Positions 1-9,934 of a DNA stretch of 64,000 bases are shown piece by piece. The DNA lies in the IMG/VR virus record IMGVR_UViG_3300032007_000033, positions 62,001-126,000 of that record; one strand, 5' to 3'. Within the stretch, counting starts at the first letter, position 1; each line of letters starts with the position of its first letter. The stretch is from an uncultured virus (IMG/VR IMGVR_UViG_3300032007_000033) (lineage: Duplodnaviria; Heunggongvirae; Uroviricota; Caudoviricetes). Both the position numbers and the translations under genes were made by a program. The notes beneath the pieces are model-generated. The model was not told the DNA's origin. It made no database searches and saw nothing but the letters and a program-made list of their open reading frames with translations.

Positions 1-151
1 TCGATTCAACCTTGAATGTGACGCAAGAATGAAAAGATTTTTGATATTCGTTTAAGGAATATAATTCTGCTATTTCGGTTTGATTTTTAATTTTTGTTTC
101 AACCGTCGGATAACTGCAAGAACAATCATCGTATTCCATAAAAATTCCTTC

Positions 152-379
152 TTAAATCTTATTTATTAAGTTTGTTATAATTTCTTCAAGTTCGTCTTTA
201 CTTACTTCATAATTTTTAGATTTTAGATATGCGATAAGAGTCATTAAAACACTTTTACATTTTGCATATTCTATAAAAGTATCCAATGTTCTTTCAAAAG
301 CACTGTCGTTGTCAAACAAATATTCAATCGATTTAATTCTATCCGCTGTCATATTATTCTCCTCCTTTTGCCAAATCAT
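152..379 (-). CDS. hypothetical protein
   Basis: ORF; GGAGG SD precedes the internal Met (MTADRIK). Confidence 0.5.
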   Translation of the reverse strand: MIWQKEENNMTADRIKSIEYLFDNDSAFERTLDTFIEYAKCKSVLMTLIAYLKSKNYEVSKDELEEIITNLINKI

Positions 380-470
380 GATAATAATCTGCTAATCCAC
401 TCTGTTTAAGAATGAATCCTAACACCCAAAAAATTCCTAAAATTATAAGAAAACTTTTCATATTTATCCC

Positions 471-1046
471 TTAAACTAATTTTCTGCCAAAATTACATTT
501 AATATCAGTTCGTCCTTTCATAAGTTCATTGGCAGTAATACCACGATTGTCAATGGCATATGGGTTAATATCTGCATAACCACAAAACTCATCCCAATCG
601 TCAAGGTTTCTAACGCTCTTATTCCATTTTACAAGCACCAAATCAAATCTTGTGCTTGTTTCATATTCGGTCTTTCTTAACGCATCAAAATTGTCATAAA
701 GGCTTTTGGCAATTTCGTAACATAAAATTTTCTTCTGCTCTTCTTCCCATATTTCAGTAGGAACCCTACTATAAGATTCGAGGTTTTTCGGAACCGCCAA
801 AGATAAAGTAATCAGTTCTTTATTACCGTCAAGAAATTCCTTTTTAAGTTGGTCAAAATACTTCTTTTTATATTCTTCTGTCTTTTCTTCTTGTTCTTCT
901 AGTTTCCTAGAACATTTTCGAAAATCAGATAATGCACTATAATACGCATTTGTACAACCACGAACTTCATTTTTAAGAGTGTTGATTTCTACATTTTTAG
1001 AAACGATTTCATTTCGATATTTATTTCGTTTTGCTTTTCTGTTCAT
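471..1046 (-). CDS. hypothetical coiled-coil protein
   Basis: 191-aa ORF co-oriented with and abutting rtcB. Confidence 0.6.
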   Translation of the reverse strand: MNRKAKRNKYRNEIVSKNVEINTLKNEVRGCTNAYYSALSDFRKCSRKLEEQEEKTEEYKKKYFDQLKKEFLDGNKELITLSLAVPKNLESYSRVPTEIWEEEQKKILCYEIAKSLYDNFDALRKTEYETSTRFDLVLVKWNKSVRNLDDWDEFCGYADINPYAIDNRGITANELMKGRTDIKCNFGRKLV

Positions 1047-1049
1047 ATA

Positions 1050-2300
1050 TTATTCTCCATCATTAGCCTTTACATTCCAAATAGGTTTTATGATTTTCAA
1101 AACTTCACAAGTATCATCTATAGTTTCAAGAATTTGTTGCATAGGTTTATAAGCCATTGGAGATTCGTCAATAGTTCCGACACAAACCGAAGTGGTGTAA
1201 ACTTCCTTCATAGATTTTTTAAAATCTTCCATTTTCAAAGATTCTTTAGCAACAGAACGACTCATTAAACGACCCGCACCATGAGGACCGCTACAATTCC
1301 TATCTTCATTCCCTTTGCCTTTTACAATTAATGAACCGTCCGCCATATTCATAGGAATGATTGCGATTTCATCTTTATAAAGAGAAATTGAACCTTTACG
1401 AATAATTTTATTTTTAATATCTACATAATTATGAATTGTACAGAATTCATCAATAATATGTTTCTTCTTAATATTCAATGCTTTACAAATTTCATCTTGC
1501 ATAGCCTTACGAGACCAATAAGCGAAATTCTGTGCAATTTCCATATCATGCAAATATCCTTTCAAATCTTCACCTTCAAGATATGCAAGTTCATTTGGAA
1601 CATTCGGCATTTCTTTTCTATGTTTATCAAGCAATTCTTCGTAATCTTTTTCACTTATCGCTTTATTCTGTTTCAAGACTGTAAGAAAACTTTTAGTACA
1701 TCGAATTGCTTTTTGATATTCAATTGCTTTATTCTGCCAATATTTACAAACTTCAATCCCTAAATGCCGAGAACCACTATGAATTACAAGATAATAATTC
1801 CCTTCTTCATCGATATCCAATTCACCGAAATGATTTCCACCACCCAAACTTCCTAGAGCAAGTAATTCTTTTTCTTTATTGATTGGTGTAATAAGATTGT
1901 CAAAATTTACATTTTCACAAAATTTATGTTTTGTAGTTCTATGTGTCATTCCCATAGGAATATTTGCTCTCCACACTTTATCTAAATTTTTTAAATCAAA
2001 ATGAAAATCTTTAGATATTTTAAGAACTTGCATTCCACAACCTATATCAACACCAACCAAATTAGGAACTACTTTATCAATGATAGTTTGTGTAAAACCA
2101 ATTACACAACCACTTCCTGCATGACAATCTTCCATAATTCTAATTTGAGAATTTTCTGAAAATTTTTGATTTAATAAATTTAAAATCTGCTTATAACATG
2201 CTTCTTCTAATTTATCATAATCATCTACGAAAACTTTAGCACTGTTATATTTTCCTTTAATTTCAATCATATTATTTTCCTCATTCTCCAATATCATCAA
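1050..2300 (-). CDS. rtcB: RtcB-family RNA ligase
   Basis: Motifs DCHAGSGCVIG, VGVDIGCGM, GSLGGGNHF, HSGSR, HNY, RKG, HGAGR, DESPMAYK. Confidence 0.95.
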   Translation of the reverse strand: MMILENEENNMIEIKGKYNSAKVFVDDYDKLEEACYKQILNLLNQKFSENSQIRIMEDCHAGSGCVIGFTQTIIDKVVPNLVGVDIGCGMQVLKISKDFHFDLKNLDKVWRANIPMGMTHRTTKHKFCENVNFDNLITPINKEKELLALGSLGGGNHFGELDIDEEGNYYLVIHSGSRHLGIEVCKYWQNKAIEYQKAIRCTKSFLTVLKQNKAISEKDYEELLDKHRKEMPNVPNELAYLEGEDLKGYLHDMEIAQNFAYWSRKAMQDEICKALNIKKKHIIDEFCTIHNYVDIKNKIIRKGSISLYKDEIAIIPMNMADGSLIVKGKGNEDRNCSGPHGAGRLMSRSVAKESLKMEDFKKSMKEVYTTSVCVGTIDESPMAYKPMQQILETIDDTCEVLKIIKPIWNVKANDGE

Positions 2301-2311
2301 TGTTTGCTATT

Positions 2312-3382
2312 TTACAAATCTGTTCCATTACTTTTCAGTCGAATAACTTCATTACAAATATCAAACACTTCATTTGATAAACTTACTGATTTTGCAAATT
2401 TTTCAAAAGTCGGTTTTTCCGATTTTTCTACATCATTAATTTCAACTTCTGTAACTCTCTGCTTGAGAACCTTGTTAGTATAGAATTCAAATCCCATTTC
2501 TTTTGCTTGCTTGGAATATTCTTCAAGAGCCGTATTTTTATCAAGAACACCCTTTACTGTGAATATTGCATATTTTGTTTCAATCTTTGGCAACGGATTG
2601 GGGTATTCTACAGTGTAGTATTCCATAAACTTTGGAATCTCTTTCAATTCATATTCTTTTGTTTCTCCATCAATAATTGCGAGGTATTTTGTATCATTGT
2701 GTTCAGATGATGAGTTCATGCAAGCACTTCCTAAGTATCTTCCACCTTTATGAAGATTGCATGTATGAATATGACCATGCAAAAAATGTTTTACTTTTAA
2801 TTGAGATAAATCACAATATTTTTTTGAGAAGTGATTTGTTTCATCTTCAACGTGACCCATACAATAATCAAATTCTACATCTTTAATTTCTTCATTTTCA
2901 TACAGATGTGAATATGTTTCTACCATTGATTTTTTGGAAGCAACCCCCTCATGATTATAAAAGGGGAGTGTGAGAATTTTAGTGTTATAAAAATCAATAA
3001 CTTTCCATTCTTGTATTACTTCCACATTTTTCAATGGCTTAAAAAGCGACAATACTGTAGACTGATTAATAGCATCATGATTTCCTTGAAGTAGAAATAT
3101 TTTTGAAAATTTAGACTTATTTACAAAAAAATCAACAAACACCTCGAAACATTCAAAACTAGAATTGATTTCCACAAGGTCTCCGAGAAATAAAATTTCA
3201 TTATTTTCATTATTTAAATTTTTATCATTAAAAATAAAATTTAATGTGTCAATTGCATTATCATACTTGGGATGTTTATCACAAAGATGAATATCACCTA
3301 CTACAACAAGTTTATGATTTGCATTTTCACTCATATTATTCCTCACATATAAAAAATCTTTGATGTTCAAATTATAAAACAT
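2312..3382 (-). CDS. Mre11/SbcD-like (gp47-like) metallophosphoesterase nuclease
   Basis: GDIH, LGD, GNHD, GHIH metallophosphoesterase motifs; length fits a recombination nuclease subunit. Confidence 0.75.
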   Translation of the reverse strand: MFYNLNIKDFLYVRNNMSENANHKLVVVGDIHLCDKHPKYDNAIDTLNFIFNDKNLNNENNEILFLGDLVEINSSFECFEVFVDFFVNKSKFSKIFLLQGNHDAINQSTVLSLFKPLKNVEVIQEWKVIDFYNTKILTLPFYNHEGVASKKSMVETYSHLYENEEIKDVEFDYCMGHVEDETNHFSKKYCDLSQLKVKHFLHGHIHTCNLHKGGRYLGSACMNSSSEHNDTKYLAIIDGETKEYELKEIPKFMEYYTVEYPNPLPKIETKYAIFTVKGVLDKNTALEEYSKQAKEMGFEFYTNKVLKQRVTEVEINDVEKSEKPTFEKFAKSVSLSNEVFDICNEVIRLKSNGTDL

Positions 3383-3549
3383 CAGAGATTTTATGTCAAG
3401 TAATTTTGTAAAATATTAAGTTAATTTTGCAAGAAACAATTAAAATTAAAAACTGTTACTCAAAAAAATATTAACTATTATAACTATATAAATAAAGGTT
3501 GGAATGTGACCTCCAACCTTAAAAATATCAAACAATAGGTAAGTATTGC

Positions 3550-4890
3550 ATGACAGATAAGATAGTTAATAGAGCGTTAAAAGTCAGATTATATCCTTCT
3601 CAAGAGCAAAAAGAATTCTTAAATAAATCTTTAGGAACATCTCGTTTCTTTTATAATTATCTGTTAAATGAAAAAATTGAATTTTATAAGAATGAAATTG
3701 AACCAATTAAAGAAGATGTCAAATTAAAATCAGAAAAATATAAAAGTTTTAAGGCGACCACCAAGAAACAATTCAAGGAAAAATTTGATTTTGCAAAGGA
3801 ATGTTCCGATGACTGTCTGAATTCGACAGAAAGAAATCTACAATCCGCTTTCAACAATTTTTTCAAAAGTCTGAACAAATCGAGAAAAGGGAAGATGGGT
3901 TTTCCAAAATTCCGTTCAAAGAAAGAGCACAAGGATTCTTACACGGAATGTCATGTTAAAAAGAACGCTTTTGACTTCCATAATAGAAAAATAAATATTT
4001 CAAAATGCACACCGATTTATTTCAAACATCGCGAAAAATTGCCAAAATGGTATAACAAGGAAACTTGTATATTAAAATCAATTACAATAAGCAAAAATTC
4101 ATGTGGGGAATATTGGGTAAGTTTATTATTTGAACTTCCTAATTTTAATTCCAATCAAAAACCAATTGACGAAAATCAAGCGATTGGCTTGGATTGGTCT
4201 CCGTCTGAATTTTACATAGACTCCGAGTGTCACTCGGCGAAAGATTATGGCTACGAACCGCAAAAGCAAAAACATGCAAAACAACTTGCGAAGTTGCAGA
4301 GAAGGTTGGCAAAGAAAACCAAAGGTTCAGTAAATTATGAAAAAGCAAGAATAAAACTTGCTAAATTAGAGAAACATATTGCAGATTCTCGCAAGTGGTG
4401 GATTGAGAATGAATCTTTAAGACTTACTAAAAATTATTCCACAATCGGAATTGAGGATTTGAATCTTCAAGGAATTGCCAAATTCCTACGAAACGCAAAG
4501 AATGTCAATGATTGTGCTTACGGAATTTTTACAACTCGTCTGATTCAAAAAGGCGAAGAATTAGGAACTTCTGTGATAAAAGTTGACAGATATTATCCTT
4601 CATCTCAATTATGCCACGTTTGCGGTTATCAAAACCATAATTTGAAACTTTCAGATAGAGAATGGGTTTGTCCTTCTTGTGGTGAACACCACATAAGGGA
4701 TTACAACGCAAGCATCAATCTGAAAAACGAAGCGATTAGATTATCTGTACCCATGAGACGTGGGGAATTTAGGTCTGCGGAGGGCGTTGAAAATGTAAAT
4801 TCGCTTGTTTTACAAGCGTTAAACATTGGAGCGTCCGTTGAAACAGAAAGAACTACTTGCGAAAGTGTTCAGAAAGCCTACAGTCTTTAG
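3550..4890 (+). CDS. tnpB: TnpB RNA-guided endonuclease (IS200/IS605 family), no adjacent tnpA
   Basis: N-terminal KVRLYPSQEQ; RuvC-I GLDW, RuvC-II IEDL, CHVCG..CPSCG zinc finger, RuvC-III RDYNA. Confidence 0.93.
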   Translation: MTDKIVNRALKVRLYPSQEQKEFLNKSLGTSRFFYNYLLNEKIEFYKNEIEPIKEDVKLKSEKYKSFKATTKKQFKEKFDFAKECSDDCLNSTERNLQSAFNNFFKSLNKSRKGKMGFPKFRSKKEHKDSYTECHVKKNAFDFHNRKINISKCTPIYFKHREKLPKWYNKETCILKSITISKNSCGEYWVSLLFELPNFNSNQKPIDENQAIGLDWSPSEFYIDSECHSAKDYGYEPQKQKHAKQLAKLQRRLAKKTKGSVNYEKARIKLAKLEKHIADSRKWWIENESLRLTKNYSTIGIEDLNLQGIAKFLRNAKNVNDCAYGIFTTRLIQKGEELGTSVIKVDRYYPSSQLCHVCGYQNHNLKLSDREWVCPSCGEHHIRDYNASINLKNEAIRLSVPMRRGEFRSAEGVENVNSLVLQALNIGASVETERTTCESVQKAYSL

Positions 4891-4906
4891 ACTATAGGTA
4901 GTTTAC
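4747..4906 (+). ncRNA. putative omegaRNA scaffold / IS605-type right end of tnpB-1
   Basis: Overlaps the tnpB 3' end; hairpin CCTACAGTC-TTTA-GACTATAGG then TAGTTTAC, parallel to the tnpB-2 end. Confidence 0.7.
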
Positions 4907-5214
4907 ATCTCCTTTATATCCTTCAATCTTTCGATTGTGATTTCATGATTTCTCTTTTTTGTGGCGAAATCCCAATCCACCTTAAAAGCGAGGAACTTTC
5001 CGTTATGCCATTTGTCTAAGACTTTGCCTTGAATGTTTTCGACCTTCGTTCCTTTTCCGCTAGACCGAACCAAATCGCCCACTTGAATCGGAGACTCTTC
5101 CTTGGGAAGTCTAGCCAATTCCTTTTCAGTTTTGGCAATGATTTTTCCACCCTCACTAACATCGCTCATGAAAGACGAATGATTATAAAATGTCTGAATG
5201 TTCAATCCGTTCAT
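4903..5214 (-). CDS. hypothetical protein (SH3/KOW-like C-terminus possible)
   Basis: ORF with IQVGDLVR; TTGACA-type promoter just upstream. Confidence 0.5.
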   Translation of the reverse strand: MNGLNIQTFYNHSSFMSDVSEGGKIIAKTEKELARLPKEESPIQVGDLVRSSGKGTKVENIQGKVLDKWHNGKFLAFKVDWDFATKKRNHEITIERLKDIKEM

Positions 5215-5307
5215 GGCTTAAATATAACGCAAGACGAAAGTTTTGTCAAGCAAAATTGTTGAAAAAAGCGGAAGATTTTTTAACCTTCCGCCAAACACAA
5301 AACCAAT

Positions 5308-5895
5308 TCAAACAAATGTCAATGGAATCAAAACAACTCCAAAGAAATACACGCAGTTGGATAAAGTTCTTATCGTCCGCTTGACGCATTCCTTGAATTC
5401 CAATCTGCTCACTATCAAACTCACATCTCCGAAAAACAACAAAAGGAATCCAATATTTCGGCAAGCGGAGAAAGCGTACAAGCAACTTCCCAATGTTCCG
5501 ACCGCGTAGACGCAAGCCAAGCATTTGGTCAACAAATCCACTTTCCAAAACGGAAGAATCGCTCCGCACAAGCACAAGGGAATCGCCAACGAAACGGTCA
5601 ATTTAATCCAATTGAACTCCCAAGTATGGTACGCCAACCAAGCGGTGAACGAATAGACAAACGCGAAAGCCAAAGCCCCCATTATGTCATTCTCATCAAT
5701 CAACACATTAGCCACCACACAACCAATCAACAGAACCGCACACCTAATGTCGAAAAAGAAAAACAACAAAAGGCAAGGGGACAAATCCACAAAGTCCTTG
5801 CACAACGACTTAATCAAGTCGTTTTTGACCAAGTCGTATTCCCAAACGCAATAAAACAAACACGCCAACAAAGCGAAAACAATCGAAACCGCCAT
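5308..5895 (-). CDS. polytopic membrane protein (possibly YhhN-like)
   Basis: Several hydrophobic segments; GFLLLFFGD resembles a YhhN-type motif. Confidence 0.5.
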   Translation of the reverse strand: MAVSIVFALLACLFYCVWEYDLVKNDLIKSLCKDFVDLSPCLLLFFFFDIRCAVLLIGCVVANVLIDENDIMGALAFAFVYSFTAWLAYHTWEFNWIKLTVSLAIPLCLCGAILPFWKVDLLTKCLACVYAVGTLGSCLYAFSACRNIGFLLLFFGDVSLIVSRLEFKECVKRTIRTLSNCVYFFGVVLIPLTFV

Positions 5896-5909
5896 AAAAT
5901 TCTCCTTTT

Positions 5910-6170
5910 TTAATTATGTCCGTTAATCAACTGTTCGACTCGTTGGCGAGAGATGTTGTAAGCCTTTCCGATTTCTCGATAGGTCTTTCCCTCGCTCCGC
6001 ATTTTGTTGATTTCAATTAAGCGCTTTTCGTCGCGCTCTTTCTTGGGTTTCAACCCTCTCATTCTCAAATGGCGGTAAACTGTGGAAACCGAAAGATTGA
6101 ACTTCTTCATGATTTCTTCAACCACCAAATTGTCCTTGTTGCTTTCAAGATAATCGCTCAAATAATCCAT
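5910..6170 (-). CDS. small HTH DNA-binding protein
   Basis: Two HTH-like segments (LSVSTVYRHL; TYREIGKAYNISRQRVEQL). Confidence 0.7.
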   Translation of the reverse strand: MDYLSDYLESNKDNLVVEEIMKKFNLSVSTVYRHLRMRGLKPKKERDEKRLIEINKMRSEGKTYREIGKAYNISRQRVEQLINGHN

Positions 6171-6205
6171 ATAAATCCTCCATGTTTTAGCGACTTTATT
6201 TTATC

Positions 6206-7087
6206 TCAACAGACTTCAAATTCCAAGTCCTTTTTCGTGTCAAAAATTCCTCGGACTTTGTGCTCCCTTGAGTCTGTCAACACAAATAAATTCTCTCCGT
6301 GACGAATGTTGTAGTATCCGTCCGTCGAAAAATATCCATCCATTATCTCAGTGTGTCCCACAACTTGCTTGCTCCAATAAGGTTCGGAAAGCAAAGAGGG
6401 AGGTCTAATCCATAAAATTCCTTGTTGAACTTCGTCACCTGTCGGACTGCATAGACCATGCCAATCAAGCAACTCATCGAACTCATACGAAAAATTCTCG
6501 TCGCCGTTAAAATGGGTCAGTCCGTGCCAAACCTCGTTCAACAAATCGACCGAGAATTCTTTCTCGTCCCAAAGTTTTGTAGTGGAGTTTATTTTGGCGA
6601 TGAATTCGTCGTATTCCTCCCTAGAGGCGAATTCCTTTCCGTCCAACGCTTCTTTCGGATACTCATCCAACAATCTATGAAGACAAGGCTTTAAATACGC
6701 GACCACCCAAGTCTTCGAGAAGCCTGCGTGGGAGAAAACCCAACCGTCATTCTCGAAAGCCAAGTCAATCAAGTCCAAGTTTGAGTTCAACAACCCTCGT
6801 ATCTCTCCGACTCTCTTATGTTGGTGTCCGCTACAGTTGGCTCCCTCGCGAGTTCCACTAATGTATGAGAAGTCATGATTTCCCAAGAGCAACCTCACCT
6901 TGTCCTTATTCGCTCGTTTGAATTCGCATATTCCCTTAAAGTTCTCTCCTTGGCTCGGCCACTTGTTTTCCCAAGAATCGAAGTAGTCGCCCATGAAAAC
7001 GACGAAATCGACTTCGCCTATTTTCTCCTTGGCGACAAGCCACTCGCGAGACCCATGAACATCGGGAACAATCAATATTTTAGACAA
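6206..7087 (-). CDS. calcineurin-like metallophosphoesterase
   Basis: PDVHG, GDYFD, GNHD, SHAG, VGHT; probable TTG start at 7087 behind a GAGGAGG SD. Confidence 0.85.
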   Translation of the reverse strand: MSKILIVPDVHGSREWLVAKEKIGEVDFVVFMGDYFDSWENKWPSQGENFKGICEFKRANKDKVRLLLGNHDFSYISGTREGANCSGHQHKRVGEIRGLLNSNLDLIDLAFENDGWVFSHAGFSKTWVVAYLKPCLHRLLDEYPKEALDGKEFASREEYDEFIAKINSTTKLWDEKEFSVDLLNEVWHGLTHFNGDENFSYEFDELLDWHGLCSPTGDEVQQGILWIRPPSLLSEPYWSKQVVGHTEIMDGYFSTDGYYNIRHGENLFVLTDSREHKVRGIFDTKKDLEFEVC

Positions 7088-7352
7088 TCGAAGCCTCCTC
7101 GTTGTATTCTTTCTCAAACTCGCTCGCGTCATGAAAAACGAACTTTCCGTCTTCCAAAACGACATAATCGCTTTCCTTGGCGATGTACTTGGCGTACATG
7201 AAATGGTCGCTATCATTCAACATCGGAAGAAGCAACTTTCCGTCATAATCCAACAAGGCCTCCTTGCAGAATTTCTTGATTTCGTCGAAGTTGTCTCCGT
7301 TCCATTGAAGAGCCTTCACTTGAATCGGCTTTCTAATATAGGTCTTTTCCAT
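7080..7352 (-). CDS. conserved phage hypothetical protein
   Basis: YIRKPIQVKALQWNGDN N-terminus; SD present. Confidence 0.6.
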   Translation of the reverse strand: MEKTYIRKPIQVKALQWNGDNFDEIKKFCKEALLDYDGKLLLPMLNDSDHFMYAKYIAKESDYVVLEDGKFVFHDASEFEKEYNEEASIV

Positions 7353-7361
7353 TCACTCTCC

Positions 7362-7652
7362 TTATTCCAATCCTCTGATTTCGTGTATAGCAAACTTTCT
7401 CATTTTCTCCGCCTTCTTGGGAGATTCGATTTTCTCGGAGTCATCCAAACACTTCAAGCAAACGCAATCCGCCCAAGTTCCGATTGAGCAAGAGCCAAAC
7501 CGCACCTCGAAATTGCTCACAGGACTGACACCTTGGTATCCGAAGCCCTTCTTGTGGAATTTCTTGTTGTGAGATTTCTGCCATTCGTACATTTTGTCAA
7601 CTTCCTTGTTGGTCAATGAGTAGCAGTAATAAAATTCATTTTCTTCGTTCAT
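7362..7652 (-). CDS. hypothetical protein
   Basis: ORF in a tightly packed operon. Confidence 0.55.
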   Translation of the reverse strand: MNEENEFYYCYSLTNKEVDKMYEWQKSHNKKFHKKGFGYQGVSPVSNFEVRFGSCSIGTWADCVCLKCLDDSEKIESPKKAEKMRKFAIHEIRGLE

Positions 7653-7915
7653 ATAATCTCCGTCTCCTCTATGAATTTCTTACTTATGTTCCGCACGAAT
7701 CCATCCTCCCATTTAATCTTGAAACGACAATCGTCCATGGAATAAAAAATATTTCCTATGTGCTCGTCAAACTTGATTTTGGAGTTGGACATCAATTCCT
7801 TTCCATTCTTGTCCTTTAATCCTAGGTTGTATAACTTGTCCTTTCTCAAAATCAATCCCCTCCGAAAATCCAATTCGGAGACTTTACGAATCCTTTCCCT
7901 AAAAGAAACCGCCAA
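7649..7915 (-). CDS. hypothetical protein (YopX-like fragment possible)
   Basis: GLKDKNGKE motif. Confidence 0.4.
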   Translation of the reverse strand: MAVSFRERIRKVSELDFRRGLILRKDKLYNLGLKDKNGKELMSNSKIKFDEHIGNIFYSMDDCRFKIKWEDGFVRNISKKFIEETEII

Positions 7916-8030
7916 AGACGCTCCCTCAAGGAAACCTTTATCTCGTCGTATTCCAATCCATTCAATAATTCTTCCATATATCGCATTTTACAACAAACGA
8001 ATTGAATTGTCAAGTCTTTTTGCAAAAAAA

Positions 8031-8053
8031 AAGACCCTCTCATCGAGGGTCTT
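8031..8053 (-). terminator. intrinsic terminator
   Basis: AAGACCCTC/GAGGGTCTT stem followed by a T-run on the minus strand. Confidence 0.7.
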
Positions 8054-8077
8054 ATATATATCTTCGGATTTGGAAAG

Positions 8078-8494
8078 TTATTTTCCAATCCGACCAAATT
8101 TATAATTGATGATTGAGTCCAACTCGGCATTGAAAGAATCAATTTCGCTCTCAACAAACCCTTCATATCCTTCCATCTTGTCGCCAAACTCAATGATTTT
8201 ATTTCCCTTTTCCTTTAATTCGCCAACAATGAAAGCGGTTTTGAAGTTTTCGCCTTCGACAGTCTTCCAATTAATTTCTTTTTCCAAAAGAATGTCAGTT
8301 GGATTGGGAACAACCTCTCCGTGAGCAATCGCCATCTCAGCGAACTTGTCATAATACTCAAAGCAAACTTCATACAAATCTTGCAATAGTTCGTGGATGC
8401 TCAAAAAGTTTTCACCCTCGGTATACAAATGCAAAAGCCTAGCGTCGTTTCCCAAAAGATAAGCATAACTTGAAAGTTCAGACAATGTACTCAT
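8078..8494 (-). CDS. Dps/ferritin-like protein
   Basis: LHLYTEGENFLSIHELLQDLYE...DKFAE matches the Dps ferroxidase pattern. Confidence 0.7.
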   Translation of the reverse strand: MSTLSELSSYAYLLGNDARLLHLYTEGENFLSIHELLQDLYEVCFEYYDKFAEMAIAHGEVVPNPTDILLEKEINWKTVEGENFKTAFIVGELKEKGNKIIEFGDKMEGYEGFVESEIDSFNAELDSIINYKFGRIGK

Positions 8495-8517
8495 AAAATC
8501 ACCTCTCCTTAATATAG

Positions 8518-9408
8518 TTATTTTTTCAATATATAGTTTATATAGTTATGCAATTCATAAAAATATCCGCACATGGCGAAATCGAAACGCATGTCGTCGC
8601 CCAACTTTCCATTGCGAAAGTTGCGGTAATTGCAATAATAAGAACTTATGGCCATATAAAGATGATACAACGACTTGCCTCCGTTCTTTATATAAATCTC
8701 CCTAATCCACTCCTTTTGTTCGGCCATGTGAAGGTTTACGCATTTCGATTTTTTCCAATCCAAATCAAACAATGGATTCAATGTTCCATTCAAGTCGATT
8801 TCCCTTTCATTCAACTCGTCTACGGTTTTTTGAGCGTATTTTATGTATTCCTCGACCTCTTTTTGAATCCGCTCAAACTTGGACTTTATGTCCATTCTCC
8901 CCATAGTCCATATTCGCTTATGGCGTTCGTCCGACAATTGAAAAACCGCGTGGTCTTTTTCTCTTATCAAAGTCAATGCGCAGTTCACAGCGTTCCTTCC
9001 GTCAAATCCGTTAGCCACGGTGATGTAAGTCAAAAAATCATCGTTCAACAACTTGGTTTTCTTCAACAACATTGTAATGTAGGATTTCTTTTTATTCAAT
9101 ATATCTCCACACGAAACGAACTTTGAACCCTCATACGCTTTTTTGAACAAGTCTGTTATTTGGAAGCATTCATCATTGTCCATGAGTTTATATTGCTTTT
9201 TGACGACATAAATAGGTTTCATATCGTCGCTTCTTGCAACAACTCTGTTTTGCGGAATTTCAATGTATTCCCCGTTTATGCAAGTGAAACACGGCAAAGA
9301 AACGACTTTCCATAAAAAATTCTTTTCTTTCATGAATTCACATGCACATTCTGTTTTGGAAGGCTCAACATCTAGTCTTTGCCACCAATAAGACAATTTA
9401 TTCATCAT
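8518..9408 (-). CDS. DUF932-like phage protein
   Basis: VVARSDD...YKLMDN, YITVANGFDG pattern. Confidence 0.5.
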   Translation of the reverse strand: MMNKLSYWWQRLDVEPSKTECACEFMKEKNFLWKVVSLPCFTCINGEYIEIPQNRVVARSDDMKPIYVVKKQYKLMDNDECFQITDLFKKAYEGSKFVSCGDILNKKKSYITMLLKKTKLLNDDFLTYITVANGFDGRNAVNCALTLIREKDHAVFQLSDERHKRIWTMGRMDIKSKFERIQKEVEEYIKYAQKTVDELNEREIDLNGTLNPLFDLDWKKSKCVNLHMAEQKEWIREIYIKNGGKSLYHLYMAISSYYCNYRNFRNGKLGDDMRFDFAMCGYFYELHNYINYILKK

Positions 9409-9892
9409 CGTTCAAATTCTTTTGGGCGGAGATTATTCTTGAAAGTTTCTCAATCGCTTGTCTTTGGGAAGGAGTCAAATCCACGCTTTCTTTTTCCTCG
9501 TCTTTTGTAGCGGGTGTGAGAATTGTGTTCGGTGTGGCTTGAGTCGGAGCAAACAATTTAAACAACGAGTCTATGTTCTTCGACTTTTCGGAAGAAATCG
9601 TTGCGTAGAATGCCCTCAACTCGTCATTGCTCAAATCATGGGCAAGAACTCTTTTGGCAATCTCAGCCTCAAGCAATCCTTTCAATGTGTTCTGATGCTC
9701 CAAGTTGCGCAACTGCGAAGAAACGAACAAGGACACATCGTTCCTTAAATCGTCTTGAGTCATAACTCGCTTGGCTCCGTTTTCGTCCAAATCATAAAGG
9801 CTTTTCAAGAGTTGTTTGCTTTCATCGACCAAAGAGTTCGCGTCTTGAATTGAAAGTTCCGTGCTTTCGCTTCCCTCATATTCATCAGACAT
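9398..9892 (-). CDS. hypothetical helical protein
   Basis: 164-aa ORF with SD and upstream YAACTAT motif. Confidence 0.55.
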   Translation of the reverse strand: MSDEYEGSESTELSIQDANSLVDESKQLLKSLYDLDENGAKRVMTQDDLRNDVSLFVSSQLRNLEHQNTLKGLLEAEIAKRVLAHDLSNDELRAFYATISSEKSKNIDSLFKLFAPTQATPNTILTPATKDEEKESVDLTPSQRQAIEKLSRIISAQKNLNDDE

Positions 9893-9915
9893 ATCGTATC
9901 CTCCAAATTCAAAAA

Positions 9916-9934
9916 TAACTATTTAAAATAGTTA
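9916..9934. promoter_or_regulatory. back-to-back TAACTATTT promoter-like motifs between divergent genes
   Basis: TAACTATTT (9916-9924, +) and AAATAGTTA (9926-9934, -). Confidence 0.6.

Noticed and set aside
7088..7216. Long N-terminal extensions of track ORFs 6206..7216, 42009..43769, 48978..49736 and 53215..54072
   Set aside because: They overlap upstream genes or promoters; downstream starts with good SDs fit better.
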